A stretch of 64,000 nt of DNA. It comes from Alphaproteobacteria bacterium. GTDB taxonomy: Bacteria; Pseudomonadota; Alphaproteobacteria; GCA-2731375. The stretch covers positions 192,001 to 256,000 of the forward strand of contig CBDDBZ010000035.1 in the NCBI GenBank assembly GCA_965225945.1. Direction: 5' to 3'. The translations under genes were made by a program, and so were the position numbers. This document shows, piece by piece, positions 19,743 through 29,884 of this stretch. Position 1 is the stretch's first letter; the number at the start of each line of letters is the position of its first letter. The notes beneath the pieces are model-generated. The model saw nothing but the letters and a program-made list of their open reading frames with translations. It was not told where the DNA came from and searched no databases.

Positions 19743-20404
19743 GGGTCCTCGGCATCGACGGCCATCATGGCGGCCAGCACCGCGAGGCGTTCGCCCGCCG
19801 GCAAGGCCTTGTAACGCCGGCCCCAGTTGGCCGCCTTACGCTTGATGCGCTGGCGGTCGGTGAAGTTCCGGCCTGCGTAGCTCGCCCAATGCACCCGGTC
19901 GGGCGCGAAGTTGAACCACACGACCTCGGTCCGCACCTGGGCCTGGGTCGTCACCTGCAGCGCCAGACTGCGCCAGCCCGCCAGCATCTCGTCATAGAGC
20001 GCCGAGGGATGGCCCGAGACCATCACCTGGCAGGGCAGATCCTTGAGCAGGTCCAGGAGCGCGACATGGTCGACCTCCTCGTAGTCGAAGCGATAGCGCC
20101 GTGCCGAACGGCGGGTCGCGTGCAGATAGGGGGGATCGCTGTAGACCAGCTCCGGGCCCAGAAACGGGAACGAGGCCAAAAAGGCATGGGCACAGCCATG
20201 CACCAACTCGACCGGGTAGTCACAGGCAAAGGCCTCGAGCGCCTGCGCATCGCGGTCGATGCCGATCGAGCGCACGCCCGTTGGCTTGCGCTTCATCAGC
20301 GCACCGCCCCCCAGGTGGCTCTCGATGTAAACGCTGTGCGGCGGCATCAGCGCAATCAGCGCCTGGCACAGACCGCTCGTCGCCTTCGACCCAAAATATT
20401 CCAC
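19739..20404 (-). CDS. Small DNA adenine methyltransferase (D12/Dam-like, alpha order), IS passenger
   Basis: YFGSK motif X, YIESHLGGG motif I, VYSDPPY motif IV, RTEVVWFN; GTGA overlap with transposase. Confidence 0.8.
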   Translation of the reverse strand: MEYFGSKATSGLCQALIALMPPHSVYIESHLGGGALMKRKPTGVRSIGIDRDAQALEAFACDYPVELVHGCAHAFLASFPFLGPELVYSDPPYLHATRRSARRYRFDYEEVDHVALLDLLKDLPCQVMVSGHPSALYDEMLAGWRSLALQVTTQAQVRTEVVWFNFAPDRVHWASYAGRNFTDRQRIKRKAANWGRRYKALPAGERLAVLAAMMAVDAEDP

Positions 20405-20624
20405 GCGCCGCTCCCGTCACACGAGAGCGCAACCCATAGACGCCCGATTCTATGGAGTCAAGAGACGATCAACGACGCGGCGGCGGAAACCCGGCCCCGG
20501 CGACCACCTACATCATCCTCTCGCGGTCAGGAGCGGGGTACCTGGGTAGTTACATATTTTCTAGCCTGTATGAAGCCGATCGGTAAGGTGAAGCCCGATG
20601 TTTCTGCGGGTTCGAGCCGGAATG

Positions 20625-20744
20625 TAAGGAAAAGTAACTTTCCTTATCTTCCGGCAATGTCTGTTTTCCCAGGACTTCGTCTGATGTAGCCTCATGTGCG
20701 GACGTTCCATTAGGGAGTGCTAAACGGAGATTCATGACCCATTT
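20625..20744. repeat. Palindrome TAAGGAAA-N6-TTTCCTTA plus 107-bp repeat, copy 1
   Basis: 20638-20744 matches 27866-27972 with 2 mismatches. Confidence 0.85.
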
Positions 20745-22261
20745 GTCACATTCGACAGAATGGTGGAGCCGCACTTGCCGCCGTGCTAAACTCTCGCCTT
20801 GGAGGTTGGGGAGCGCGCATGGCGGAGGGGGAAGTTACCCGCAGGCTAACGACAATTGTGGCAGCTGATGTTGCCGGCTATAGCCGATTGACCGGAGTCG
20901 ACGAGGAAGCAACGCTCGCCTCCCTTCGTGCTCATCGGATCGAACTTATCGACCCCAAAATTGCCGAGTACAAAGGCCGCATTGCCAACACCGCCGGCGA
21001 TAGCCTGTTGATCGAGTTTCCGAGTGTGGTCGAAGCCTTGCGTTGTGTCATCGATATCCAACGCGGCATAGCGGTACGCAATGCTGAGATTCCAGGTAAC
21101 TGCCCAGGTACATGGTGGCCTTTTAGGCGGCGTGGAGACGCTCGATCAGGGTTTCGGGATTTTCCATGAGCGCCTGGATGATGTTCCAGCCCTGTTTTCT
21201 GGCGGTCGAGATGAAGCCGCGGACGGTGGCAAAGTCTTCGGCGCCTTTCTGGCTGCGGAAGCCGCCGGAGATTTTCTGCTTGACCTTCATCATGCGCCCG
21301 TCCTGCTCGGCCTGATTGTTGGTGAACGGCACGGCGAAATTGATGAGGAAGCGCAGCGCGTCTTCCTTGTGTGTCTGAAGGCGCCGGAGAAGGTTGTGCC
21401 CGGTGCGGCGCGGCTTGCTTCCCCGGCGCTTGGCCTTGCTCGATCTGGGCGCAAGAGGAGGTTGTGCCTCGTGAAAGGCGATGCCCTCGGCCGTGATCGC
21501 GTCGTAACACCCTCGGAAGCGCTCGACGAGGCCTGGTTTCAGCGCCACGCCCCGCTCCCGGGCGAGATTTACCGCGTGGCAGGCGCGGCGCAATAGTCTC
21601 TGCATCTTGCGTGCCCAGCCCTCCTTCTCGATCTCGATCAGGGCTTGCAACTCGCGCAGGTGATGGGCGTTGCACAGCGCGTGCCGTACGCCCTCCATCG
21701 TAAAGTACGGCTTCCAGTGGTCATGGACGACGATGCCGCCGACTCCGCCGAGCAGGCTGCCGCGTCGCTCCGAGACCCGATAGAAGGTCAACCGCGCGGT
21801 CGAGGCGACGTGCAACCATTGGGTCCGCCCGGCGATCCGCAAGCCGGTCTCGTCCATGTGCTTGACCGGCGCCGATTTCACCAGTTCGCGGATCACATCG
21901 ACGACGCCTTGGACGGACTCGGCGCTGTTCCCGCCCATCCGCGCGAGGCTCGCCGGAGACAGTTCCGCCCCGAACAGATCCTTCATCAATTCAGCCAGGC
22001 GGTCCTCGGGCAGGAGTTGGTAGTGCGACAGGTAGACCACCATGGCTCCGATCCGAGCGCCGTATTGAACCGGGCCGGTGATGGCGACGGGAAAAGAAGC
22101 CCGAGTGTACGTGCCGCAATGCCCGCAACGGCAGCGATGCGCCCGATGCTCCGTGACCACCAGGGGCCGGGGCTCGGGTAGATCGAAAACCTGGCGGGCC
22201 CCATGGCCGGTAGCCATATCCGGCGTCAATCCCGAACCACACCACTGGCACGTCTCGGGAT

Positions 22262-23339
22262 CGTCCCTATCCGGTTAAGGCAGGCAGCGCTCCCTGCGAT
22301 TGTATACCGTCGACCAGTTCCCTTTAGGTGATGGTCGGTCGGGTCATGGCGCGGTGCAACACGAAATCGGCAAGGTCGAAGATGCGTTTGCGCCGGTTGA
22401 AGCGGTAGTTCCATTCCCGGACGTAGCGCGGCAAATGCTTGGCGCTCACCCCGTGGTAGGTTCCGTTGAGCCACGTCTTCACGTTGGAAAACAGGACATG
22501 GACGACCGGCATGAGCTGCTCGGCGTTCTTGCCTTGGCCTTGAACGACGGGCTGGTGGCGATAAGTATCGCCAAGCTTGGCGTAACTCTTGAAAGCGTCG
22601 CTGTCGAGGCGGCTTCCCGGCTTCACCGAGGCGCGCACGAAGTCGCCCAACTCACGGGCGGTGGCCTCGGGCAGGATGGCGAGCCGCGCGGCGCCGGCGG
22701 CGAAGCCGCTCCCCTTGATGCCCTTGCCCGACCCGACCGGCCACTTCTCGACCGCCATCACCAACAGGCTCTTGTTCGGGTTGGAAAGCCCGCGCCCCCG
22801 GCTCTCCGGCTTGCCCCGCCCGCCGTAATAGCTCTCGTCGACCTCGACCAAGCCCTCCAGCGGGAACTCCGGGCGCTCCGTCAGGGCATGGCGCAGCTTG
22901 TGGGCCATCAGCCAGGCGGTGTCGTAGCGCAGGCTCAACTCTCGCGACAGAAACAGCGCCGAGACCCCGCGCTTGTCGCGCCCCATCCACCACGCCGCCA
23001 GGAACCATTTGCGCAACGGTGTGCGGGTGCGGTGGAAGACCGTGCCCGCGGTCACCGATTCCTGATGGCCGCAACCGGCGCATTCGAAGACCCGCGGCCG
23101 CGTCTTCAATTGGTAGTTCCGCCTCTCGCCGCAACGCGCGCAGACGTAGCCTTGCGGCCAGCGCAGCCGAGCCAGCGCCTCGATGCAGTCCGCCTCCGAT
23201 CCATGGCGTTCGAGGAACTCCAATATCCCGCTCATCGAATAGTCCTCCAAAAGCTCCAGCCGATGCGATCAGCCTACACCTCTATGGAGAACATATCAAG
23301 AACATTCGGAGCCCATCCTGCTTTAACCAGATAGGGACG
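22262..23339 (-). mobile_element. IS1595-family insertion sequence
   Basis: TIR CGTCCCTATCCGGTTAAGGCAGG / CCTGCTTTAACCAGATAGGGACG; 8-bp TSD CTCGGGAT. Confidence 0.93.
22324..23235 (-). CDS. IS1595 family transposase
   Basis: RWPQGYVCARCG...CAGC Zn ribbon, VEVDESY, SD, YHGVSAKHLPRYVREWNYRFNRR. Confidence 0.9.
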   Translation of the reverse strand: MSGILEFLERHGSEADCIEALARLRWPQGYVCARCGERRNYQLKTRPRVFECAGCGHQESVTAGTVFHRTRTPLRKWFLAAWWMGRDKRGVSALFLSRELSLRYDTAWLMAHKLRHALTERPEFPLEGLVEVDESYYGGRGKPESRGRGLSNPNKSLLVMAVEKWPVGSGKGIKGSGFAAGAARLAILPEATARELGDFVRASVKPGSRLDSDAFKSYAKLGDTYRHQPVVQGQGKNAEQLMPVVHVLFSNVKTWLNGTYHGVSAKHLPRYVREWNYRFNRRKRIFDLADFVLHRAMTRPTIT

Positions 23340-25794
23340 CTCGGGATAATGGTCGACGGTGGCGTCGGGATCGGCGACTTGGCGCAGGGTCTCGCCCTTG
23401 TGGCCCTTTTGCCCGCCCGGCTTGCGGGCCGATTTCTTACGGAGGCTCCTGGTGCGCTTCTTTTTACCCGCCGGTGGCTTGTTCAATCCATCGCTCGACG
23501 GTGGCTTGCCGCTGTTCGTGCTGTTCAGGCCAAGCCGGCGCTCGAGTTCACCAAGCCGGAGTTCGAACTCGGCGAGCCGCGACCCTTGGGCCAGCACCAC
23601 ATCGATCAGCTCGTCTTTCGACAAAAAGGCAAGAACATCCCTATCCATCGAATCCTTAGAATCGACCAACCACCCTCTGTCAAACGAAATCTAGGCCGTC
23701 AGCGCCCCAAACCCACAAAATCTGCCCCCAGAGACCCAATCCGCAGCCTCATCGAAATCAGCTACCTGGGCAGTTACGATTCCAGAAGATCGGCGCGTTG
23801 AGTTTCGCGTCGGCATAAATCTCGGCGATGTCGTCGAACAGGATGGCGACCTGCTTGGTGACGGCGTCAATGTCGCGGCCCGGTTGGAAGGCTTGGCGGA
23901 ACCCGGTGGCGTCTGCCTCTCCCGGGCCGCGCGCGATCAGGTCCGCGACCGGGTGGATATTGAACTCGAAGACCTGGGCGAGGTCGAGGTCAAGAACATT
24001 GCGAGGCCGGTCAGGGTTTTCCGGGTTCTTGCCGAAGGCGAGATTGCACCGCAGCGACCAGCCGGCTCCGGAAAACAATGGCCGATCGCAGTCGCCGTGA
24101 TCATCGTCGCTGCAATTGTTGGTGTCGGGATTTGGTGGTGGTTGCCCTGGGTCGAGCGGGTGGCGCCAGCGCGGCCGGACCGGTATGCCCATATGCTGCC
24201 TGACAAACCTTCGATCGCCATCTTGCCATTTGAAAACCTCTCCAGCGACCCACAACAAGATTATTTTGCCGATGGGTTTACCGAGGACGTGATCACCAAC
24301 GTCGCGCAGTCCAAGGAAATCTTCGTCATCGCGCGCAATTCCACGTTTGCGTACAAGGGACGCGCGGTGAAGATACAGCAGGTCGCCGAGGAACTTGGGG
24401 TTCGTTACGTTCTCGAAGGGTCGGTGAGACGGATTGGCGAGAAGATGCGAATTACCGCGCAGTTGATCGACGCCACCAGCGGCACTCATGTTTGGGCGAA
24501 GCGATACGATGAACCGATCGGCAAGGTTTTCGATGTCCAAGACGAGCTGAGTCGAGAAATTGCCGGCACGCTTGTAACGAATATCCGCGCAGCCGATCTT
24601 GCCAAAGCGTCGCAAAAGCGCCCCAAGGACCTTACCGCATATGACTATGTACTTCAGGCTCGCGCCCGATGGGATGCGCCTGGGAAGGGCGCTAAAATGG
24701 AGGCGCGTGCGGTGGCCGAGCAAGCCATCGCCATCGATCCCAACTACGCGCCCGCCTACGCAATTCTCGGAACTACGTTTAACAGTGCCTACATAGTTCA
24801 ATGGGAAGGACCGGAAGCGCTCGATCGTGCCTATGAGGCGGCGCGCAAGGCCGTCGAGCTGGATCCGCTGTCATCGGCAGCTCACGAGGTGCTGGGGCGC
24901 GTACTTCTGCGACGCGAACAACATGCCGCTGCTGTTGACGCCATCGAGAGGTCGATAGCACTCAACCCGAACCGAGCGGATCACTATGCCAGTCTCGCCG
25001 ATGTGCTGACATTCGCCAACCGGCCGGGAGAAGCAATTGATTTTCTGAAAAAGGCAATGCGCCTCGATCCGTTTATCCTCCCCGCCATAATATGTACCTC
25101 GGCCGGGCCTATTATTTTTCAAAGCAGTACGATAAGGCCATGACAGAGCTCAAGACTTGCGCGGCGCGTGCGCCAAAGTTTCGTCCTTGCTACATGTTCC
25201 TGGCGCCGACCTACGTAGAGCTTAACCGGCAAGAAGATGCAAGGCACACTGTGGCAACGCTGCTCACAATCGCACCGAAGTTCTCAATCAGGAAATCCGT
25301 GAAAAATCACTTACCATTCGTTCCGGTGGCGATGAAATTTTACATTGACGGGCTTCGCAAGGCCGGCGTACCTGACCGTCCCCCGCTCATGCTACCCGAC
25401 TAACCCTCGATCGTGGTGCTGCCGTTCCAGAATATGTCTGGTGATCCGGAGCAGGCTTATATCGCCGACGGCATGGCCGAAGACATCATCACCGATCGTA
25501 ACTGCCCAGGTAGCTGATTTCGCTGGGGCTGGGGATTGGGGCTGTGGGGGCAGATTTTGTGGGTTTGAGGCTCTGGCGGCCTAGATGTCGTTTGACAAGA
25601 GGTGAAGGAACGATTCTAAGGATTCGATGGATAGGGATGCTCTTGCCTTTTTGTCGAAAGACGACCTGATCGATGTGGTGCTGGCCCAAGGGTTTCGGCT
25701 CGCCGAGCTCGAAGACCGGCTTGGTGAACTCGAGCGCCGGCTTGGCCTGAACAGCACGAACAGCGGCAAGCCGCCCTCCAGCGATGGATTGAAC

Positions 25795-26549
25795 CTTGCC
25801 TATCCGGTTATCACCCACACCCACTATATGTAGTGTGCACCCATTTTCCTGAGTAAAGCTCGGTGCAGGTCGAAGCGGAGATATCTCCGGCGATGCCGAG
25901 CAGGGACTCGGACGGCATTGTAGCGCCTTTTAGGCGACACTTTAGCGTGGTGGAAATCCTAATCATTGAGTCGGATTTGGCAAAACGCCACGTTGCATAA
26001 AGGACCGTCACTTCATTGAAATTTATCTGAAATCGGAGGTGAACGACACCGATGGAATATTCCAGGAAATCAGAGCTTCATTGAATTGTAGGATTCGAGT
26101 GCCGGATTATTCACAAATAGCTCTGTGAACTGGTTTTCAAGTTCGCTCAATACGTCATATGAAGTAAACGGATTGAGGATCACGTTCTTGCGTGTCGCTT
26201 CGTCTTCGCTGCGACTCAAAACGCGCAGGAGACTAACAGGCGCGGACGGGTTCTTCGCAACGATTCGTGCCAGCGCGTCGCTTTCTTCGACTAGTGCCGT
26301 CAATCGCTCAGACGATGTCGTTTCATCAGCAGCTTCCCGTCTGGCCGTGGGTTTCTTCGTTTTTCCCTTGGTCGCCACCGTTCCGTCCCCCGATGTTAAG
26401 TACGTGACGTGAATTAAACTCCGGTTCGGTTTTCAGAACAATCAAGAATTAGCCGGATCGCCTCCTCAATGCGCCTGCGCCGGCCCTTGCCTGCAGTCCA
26501 AGGAGACACACTACATATAGTGGGTGTGGGTGATAACCGGATAGGCAAG
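25795..26549. mobile_element. Non-autonomous IS1595-like mobile cassette with passenger gene
   Basis: Perfect 43-bp TIRs CTTGCCTATCCGGTTATCACCCACACCCACTATATGTAGTGTG; 8-bp TSD GATTGAAC; no transposase; lower GC. Confidence 0.9.
26070..26378 (-). CDS. Small helical-repeat (LRV/HEAT-like) protein, cassette passenger
   Basis: GTG start after GGGGA; VAKNPSAPVSLLRVLS and VILNPFTSYDVLSEL repeats. Confidence 0.55.
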   Translation of the reverse strand: MATKGKTKKPTARREAADETTSSERLTALVEESDALARIVAKNPSAPVSLLRVLSRSEDEATRKNVILNPFTSYDVLSELENQFTELFVNNPALESYNSMKL

Positions 26550-27865
26550 GATTGAACAAGCCGCCGGCGGGGAAGAAGAAGCGACGCACCGGGAGCCTTC
26601 GCGGGAAATCGGGCTGCAAGCCGGGCGGGCAGAAGGGCCACAAGGGCGAGACCCTGCGTCAGGTCGCCGATCCCGACGCCACCGTCGATCATTATCCCGA
26701 GACGTGCCGGCGGTGTGGTTCGGGATTGACGCCGGACATGGCCAGCGGCCATGGCGTGCGGCAGGATTTCGACCTGCCCAAGCCCCGGCCCCTGGTGGTC
26801 ACGGAGCATCGGGCGCATCGCTGCCGTTGCGGGCGTTGCGGCACGCAAACCCGAGCTTCCTTTCCCGACGGCGTCACCGGCCCGGTCCAGTACGGCGCTC
26901 GGATCGGAGCCATGGTGGTCTACCTGTCGCACTACCAGCTCCTGCCCGAGGATCGCCTGGCTGAATTGATGAAGGACCTGTTCGGGGCGGAACTGTCTCC
27001 GGCGAGCATCGCGCGGATGGGCCGGAATAGCGCCGGGGCCGTCCGAGGCGTCGTCGATGTGATCCGCGAGTTGGTGAAATCGGCGCCGGTCAAGCACATG
27101 GACGAGACCGGGTTCCGGGTTGGTGGACGGGGTCAATGGTTGCACGTCGCCTCGACGGCCCTGTTGACCTTCTACCGGGTCTCGGAGCGACGTGGCGGCC
27201 TGCTTGCCGGCGTCGGCGGCATCGTCGTCCACGACCACTGGAAGCCGTACTTCACGATGGAGGGCGTGCGGCACGCACTGTGCAACGCCCATCACCTGCG
27301 CGAGCTACAAGCCCTGATCGAGATCGAGAAGGAGGGCTGGGCGGGCAAGATGCAGAGGCTATTGCGCCGCGCCTGCCACGCGGTAAATCTCGCCCGGGAG
27401 CGGGGGGTGGTGCTGAAGCCGAGCCTCATCGAGCGTTTTCGACGTTGTTGGGACGTCATCACGGCCGAGGGCATCGCCTTTCACGAGGCCCAACCTCCTC
27501 TTGCGCTCAAACCGGCCGAGGGCAAGGCCAAGCGCCGGGGACGCAAGCCGCGCCGCACCGGGCATAACCTTCTGCTACGCCTTCAGGCTCATAAGGAAGA
27601 TGCGCTGCGCTTCCTCACCGATTTCGCCGTGCCGTTCACCAACAATCAGGCCGAGCAGGACGGGCGCATGATGAAGGTCAAGCAGAAAATCTCGGGCGGC
27701 TTCCGCAGCCAGAAGGGCGCCGAAGACTTCGCCACCGTCCGCGGCTTCATCTCGACCGCCAGAAAACAGGGCTGGAACATCATCCAGGCGCTCATGGAAA
27801 ATCCCGAAACCCTGATCGAGCGTCTCCACGCCGCCTAAAAGGCCACCATGTACCTGGGCAGTTAC

Positions 27866-27972
27866 CTTTCCTTATCTTCCGGCACTGTCTGTTTTCCCAG
27901 GACTTCGTCTGATGTAGCCTCATGTGCGGACGTTCCATTAGGGAGTGCTGAACGGAGATTCATGACCCATTT
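27866..27972. repeat. 107-bp repeat, copy 2 (left half of palindrome removed by IS66)
   Basis: CTTTCCTTATCTTCCGGC...TTCATGACCCATTT matches 20638-20744. Confidence 0.85.
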
Positions 27973-28163
27973 TCACCGTTGGTGCCCGTGGTAAAGGGAT
28001 GGATACGACCACGCTAAAATGTTGATCCGCTAGGGTCGGAGAACAGGCACTCAGCGTCAAGATCATCCCGCAACCTGATCACCGCCCCTACCGCCGGCCT
28101 CCTCAATCCCAAATCACCAGAATTGAACTTCTACTTCGAGGCACTGGCGCGGCTTTCGCGGCG

Positions 28164-29105
28164 CTATTTCAACTCGACCGCATAATTTTCGATCGGGGGC
28201 GTAGTGTCGACGAGGCCCTTTGCCTTGAGGAAGGCGGCAAAGACTTTGTAGCGGCGACGGTCCAGCGCGCCCGGCCGGAGCGCGAAGCGCGGTAGGGTGT
28301 CCCGCCAGGCGCGCCGGTTCAGATCGTCGTCAAGCTGCTTGCGCCCTTTGATGAAGAGCTTCCACGACTCTTCCGGATGGTTGACGAGATACTGCACCCC
28401 CTTCTCCAGGGCCGCGACGAAGGCGGCGATCCGCGACGCCGCGACATCCTTTCGGTTGGCGACGACGATCAACTCGTCGTAGGCGGGCACGCCCTCCTCC
28501 TCGACGTAGAAGGCCCGGCCGGGGTGACCCAGGATGTCGAGCTGGTTGAGTTCGAAGTTTCGGTAGGCGCCGATCACCGCATCGACATTGCCCGAGACCA
28601 GGGCGGGCGAGAGGGAGAAGTTGACGTTAACCAGCTTCACGTCGTCGAGCCCGAGGCCGTGCTTCTCCAACATTGTACCGAGCAGAGCGTCCTCGAAGCC
28701 GCCGATAGAGTAGCCGACCGTGCGTCCCTTGAGGTCCGCGATCGACTTGATCGGGCCCTCGCGCAACACGACCAGGGAGTTGAGCGGCGTCGCAATCAGT
28801 GTCGCGACGCGGACGAGCGGCAGGCCGCGATCGACCTGCATGTGGAGCTGCGGCTGGTAGGTAATGGCGAGGTCCGCCTTGCCGGCGGCGACGAGCTTCG
28901 GCGGATTGTTCGGGTCTGCCGGCGCCTTGAAATCGACCTCCAGACCGGCGGCCTTGAAATATCCCCGCTCAAGCGCGACATAGAGCGGCCCGTGGTCCGG
29001 GTTGATGAACCAGTCGAGCAGGACGATAAGTTTTTCCGCCGCGGCCGCCGGCGTCGTGGCGGCGAGGGACAGAGCGGCGAGCGCCGCGAACAGGGATTTC
29101 CTCAT
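28164..29105 (-). CDS. thiY: ABC transporter substrate-binding protein, NMT1/THI5 (ThiY-like)
   Basis: Signal peptide; LDWFINPDHGPLYVA, GAYRNFE; under a TPP riboswitch. Confidence 0.85.
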   Translation of the reverse strand: MRKSLFAALAALSLAATTPAAAAEKLIVLLDWFINPDHGPLYVALERGYFKAAGLEVDFKAPADPNNPPKLVAAGKADLAITYQPQLHMQVDRGLPLVRVATLIATPLNSLVVLREGPIKSIADLKGRTVGYSIGGFEDALLGTMLEKHGLGLDDVKLVNVNFSLSPALVSGNVDAVIGAYRNFELNQLDILGHPGRAFYVEEEGVPAYDELIVVANRKDVAASRIAAFVAALEKGVQYLVNHPEESWKLFIKGRKQLDDDLNRRAWRDTLPRFALRPGALDRRRYKVFAAFLKAKGLVDTTPPIENYAVELK

Positions 29106-29884
29106 CTCGTATCCTCCTCGGCAAGGGTTTCCGGCTGCCACGGCACCATCCACCGGACGGCCGCATCGACGGCGAAGTAGAAAGCGCAGGCGAAGATCGC
29201 GAGCACGAAGAGCGCCGCGAACATCAGGTCGGTTTGCACGCGGGCGTTTGCGTGCAGCATCAGGTAGCCGAGTCCGGCGCTGGAGCCGACCCACTCGCCG
29301 ACCACGGCGCCGATCGGCGCAACGACGGCGGCGACACGGAGGCCGGAGCCGAGCGCCGGCAGGGCGGCGGGCCCCCGGATGCGACGGAGTTCGGCCCAAG
29401 GCGAGGCGTTCATCACGCGGGCGAGGTCGATCCAGCCGGGCTGGGTGCGGCGCAGCCCGTCGTGGAAGGCGGAGGTGACCGGGAAATAGATGATCAGGAC
29501 GGCCATGGCGATCTTCGATTCCATGCCGTAGCCGAGCCAAAGCGTCAGCACCGGCGCTAGCGCGAAGACGGGCACGGCTTGGCTCACCACCAGTACCGGG
29601 AGCAGCCAGCGCCGGGCCGGGCGGAAATAGCTCATGGAGAGCGCGCTCACCACCCCGACGAGAGCACCGATGGCGAATCCGGCGAGGATCTCGATCACCG
29701 TGGTCGCCGTGTTCTCCAGGATCAGGGCGAAACTCGACAGCAGCGCCGCCAGCACCGCCATCGGGCCCGGCAGGATATAGAAAGGGACCCCGGTTGCTAG
29801 GACCAGGGCCTGCCAGAGGCCGAGTAGGCCGGCGAGGACGATGAGGGGCCGGGCGAGGCGGGCAAGGTGCGGGTGGTCGGTCAC
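29102..29884 (-). CDS. thiX: ABC transporter permease (ThiX-like)
   Basis: GTG start overlapping ATPase stop; ILPGP, SQAVPVFALAP, GAVVGEWVGSSAGLG. Confidence 0.85.
   Translation of the reverse strand: MTDHPHLARLARPLIVLAGLLGLWQALVLATGVPFYILPGPMAVLAALLSSFALILENTATTVIEILAGFAIGALVGVVSALSMSYFRPARRWLLPVLVVSQAVPVFALAPVLTLWLGYGMESKIAMAVLIIYFPVTSAFHDGLRRTQPGWIDLARVMNASPWAELRRIRGPAALPALGSGLRVAAVVAPIGAVVGEWVGSSAGLGYLMLHANARVQTDLMFAALFVLAIFACAFYFAVDAAVRWMVPWQPETLAEEDTR

Larger units (their letters stand above)
18123..20553 (-). mobile_element. IS66-family element (single-transposase type) carrying a DNA methyltransferase
   Basis: TIR GTAACTACCCAGGT / ACCTGGGTAGTTAC; perfect 8-bp TSD ATATTTTC (18115-18122, 20554-20561). 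Confidence 0.95.
21123..23648 (-). pseudogene. IS66 transposase split by IS1595 insertion
   Basis: MDRDVLAFLSK...DHYPE (23648-23340) and ...QVFDLPEP...KISGGFRS (22261-21123). Confidence 0.9.
21096..23777 (-). mobile_element. IS66-family element, copy A (interrupted by IS1595)
   Basis: TIR GTAACTGCCCAGGTA both ends; 8-bp TSD GATTCCAG (21088-21095, 23778-23785). Confidence 0.95.
20819..25497 (+). pseudogene. Class III adenylate/guanylate cyclase with TM, TolB-like and TPR domains; IS-interrupted, frameshifted, truncated
   Basis: RRLTTIVAADVAGYSRL...GDSLLIEF (20819-21095), continues after IS66 (FRVGINLGDV...GDGVNVAARLE), PDKPSIAILPF, TPRs; 1-bp loss near 25072; TAA at 25401 inside a second LPD*PSIVVLPF module cut at 25497. 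Confidence 0.9.
25627..27838 (+). pseudogene. IS66 transposase split by 755-bp cassette
   Basis: MDRDALAFLSK...SSDGLN | NKPPAGKK...ERLHAA; close paralog of copy A. Confidence 0.9.
25498..27865 (+). mobile_element. IS66-family element, copy B (inverted relative to copy A, interrupted by IS1595-type cassette)
   Basis: TIR GTAACTGCCCAGGTA / TACCTGGGCAGTTAC; flanks CACCGATC and CTTTCCTT differ (no TSD, suggests adjacent deletion). Confidence 0.9.

Noticed and set aside
19739-20404. Restriction-modification system
   Set aside because: No endonuclease gene adjacent; the MTase lies wholly within IS66 TIRs
25060-25403. Programmed frameshift or stop readthrough in the cyclase gene
   Set aside because: No slippery heptamer or stimulator; the gene is already IS-disrupted, so simple decay or sequencing error is more likely
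21096-27865. Composite transposon formed by the two inverted IS66 copies
   Set aside because: Copy A has its own TSD and the outer flanks (GATTCCAG vs CTTTCCTT) do not match; independent insertions plus deletion fit better
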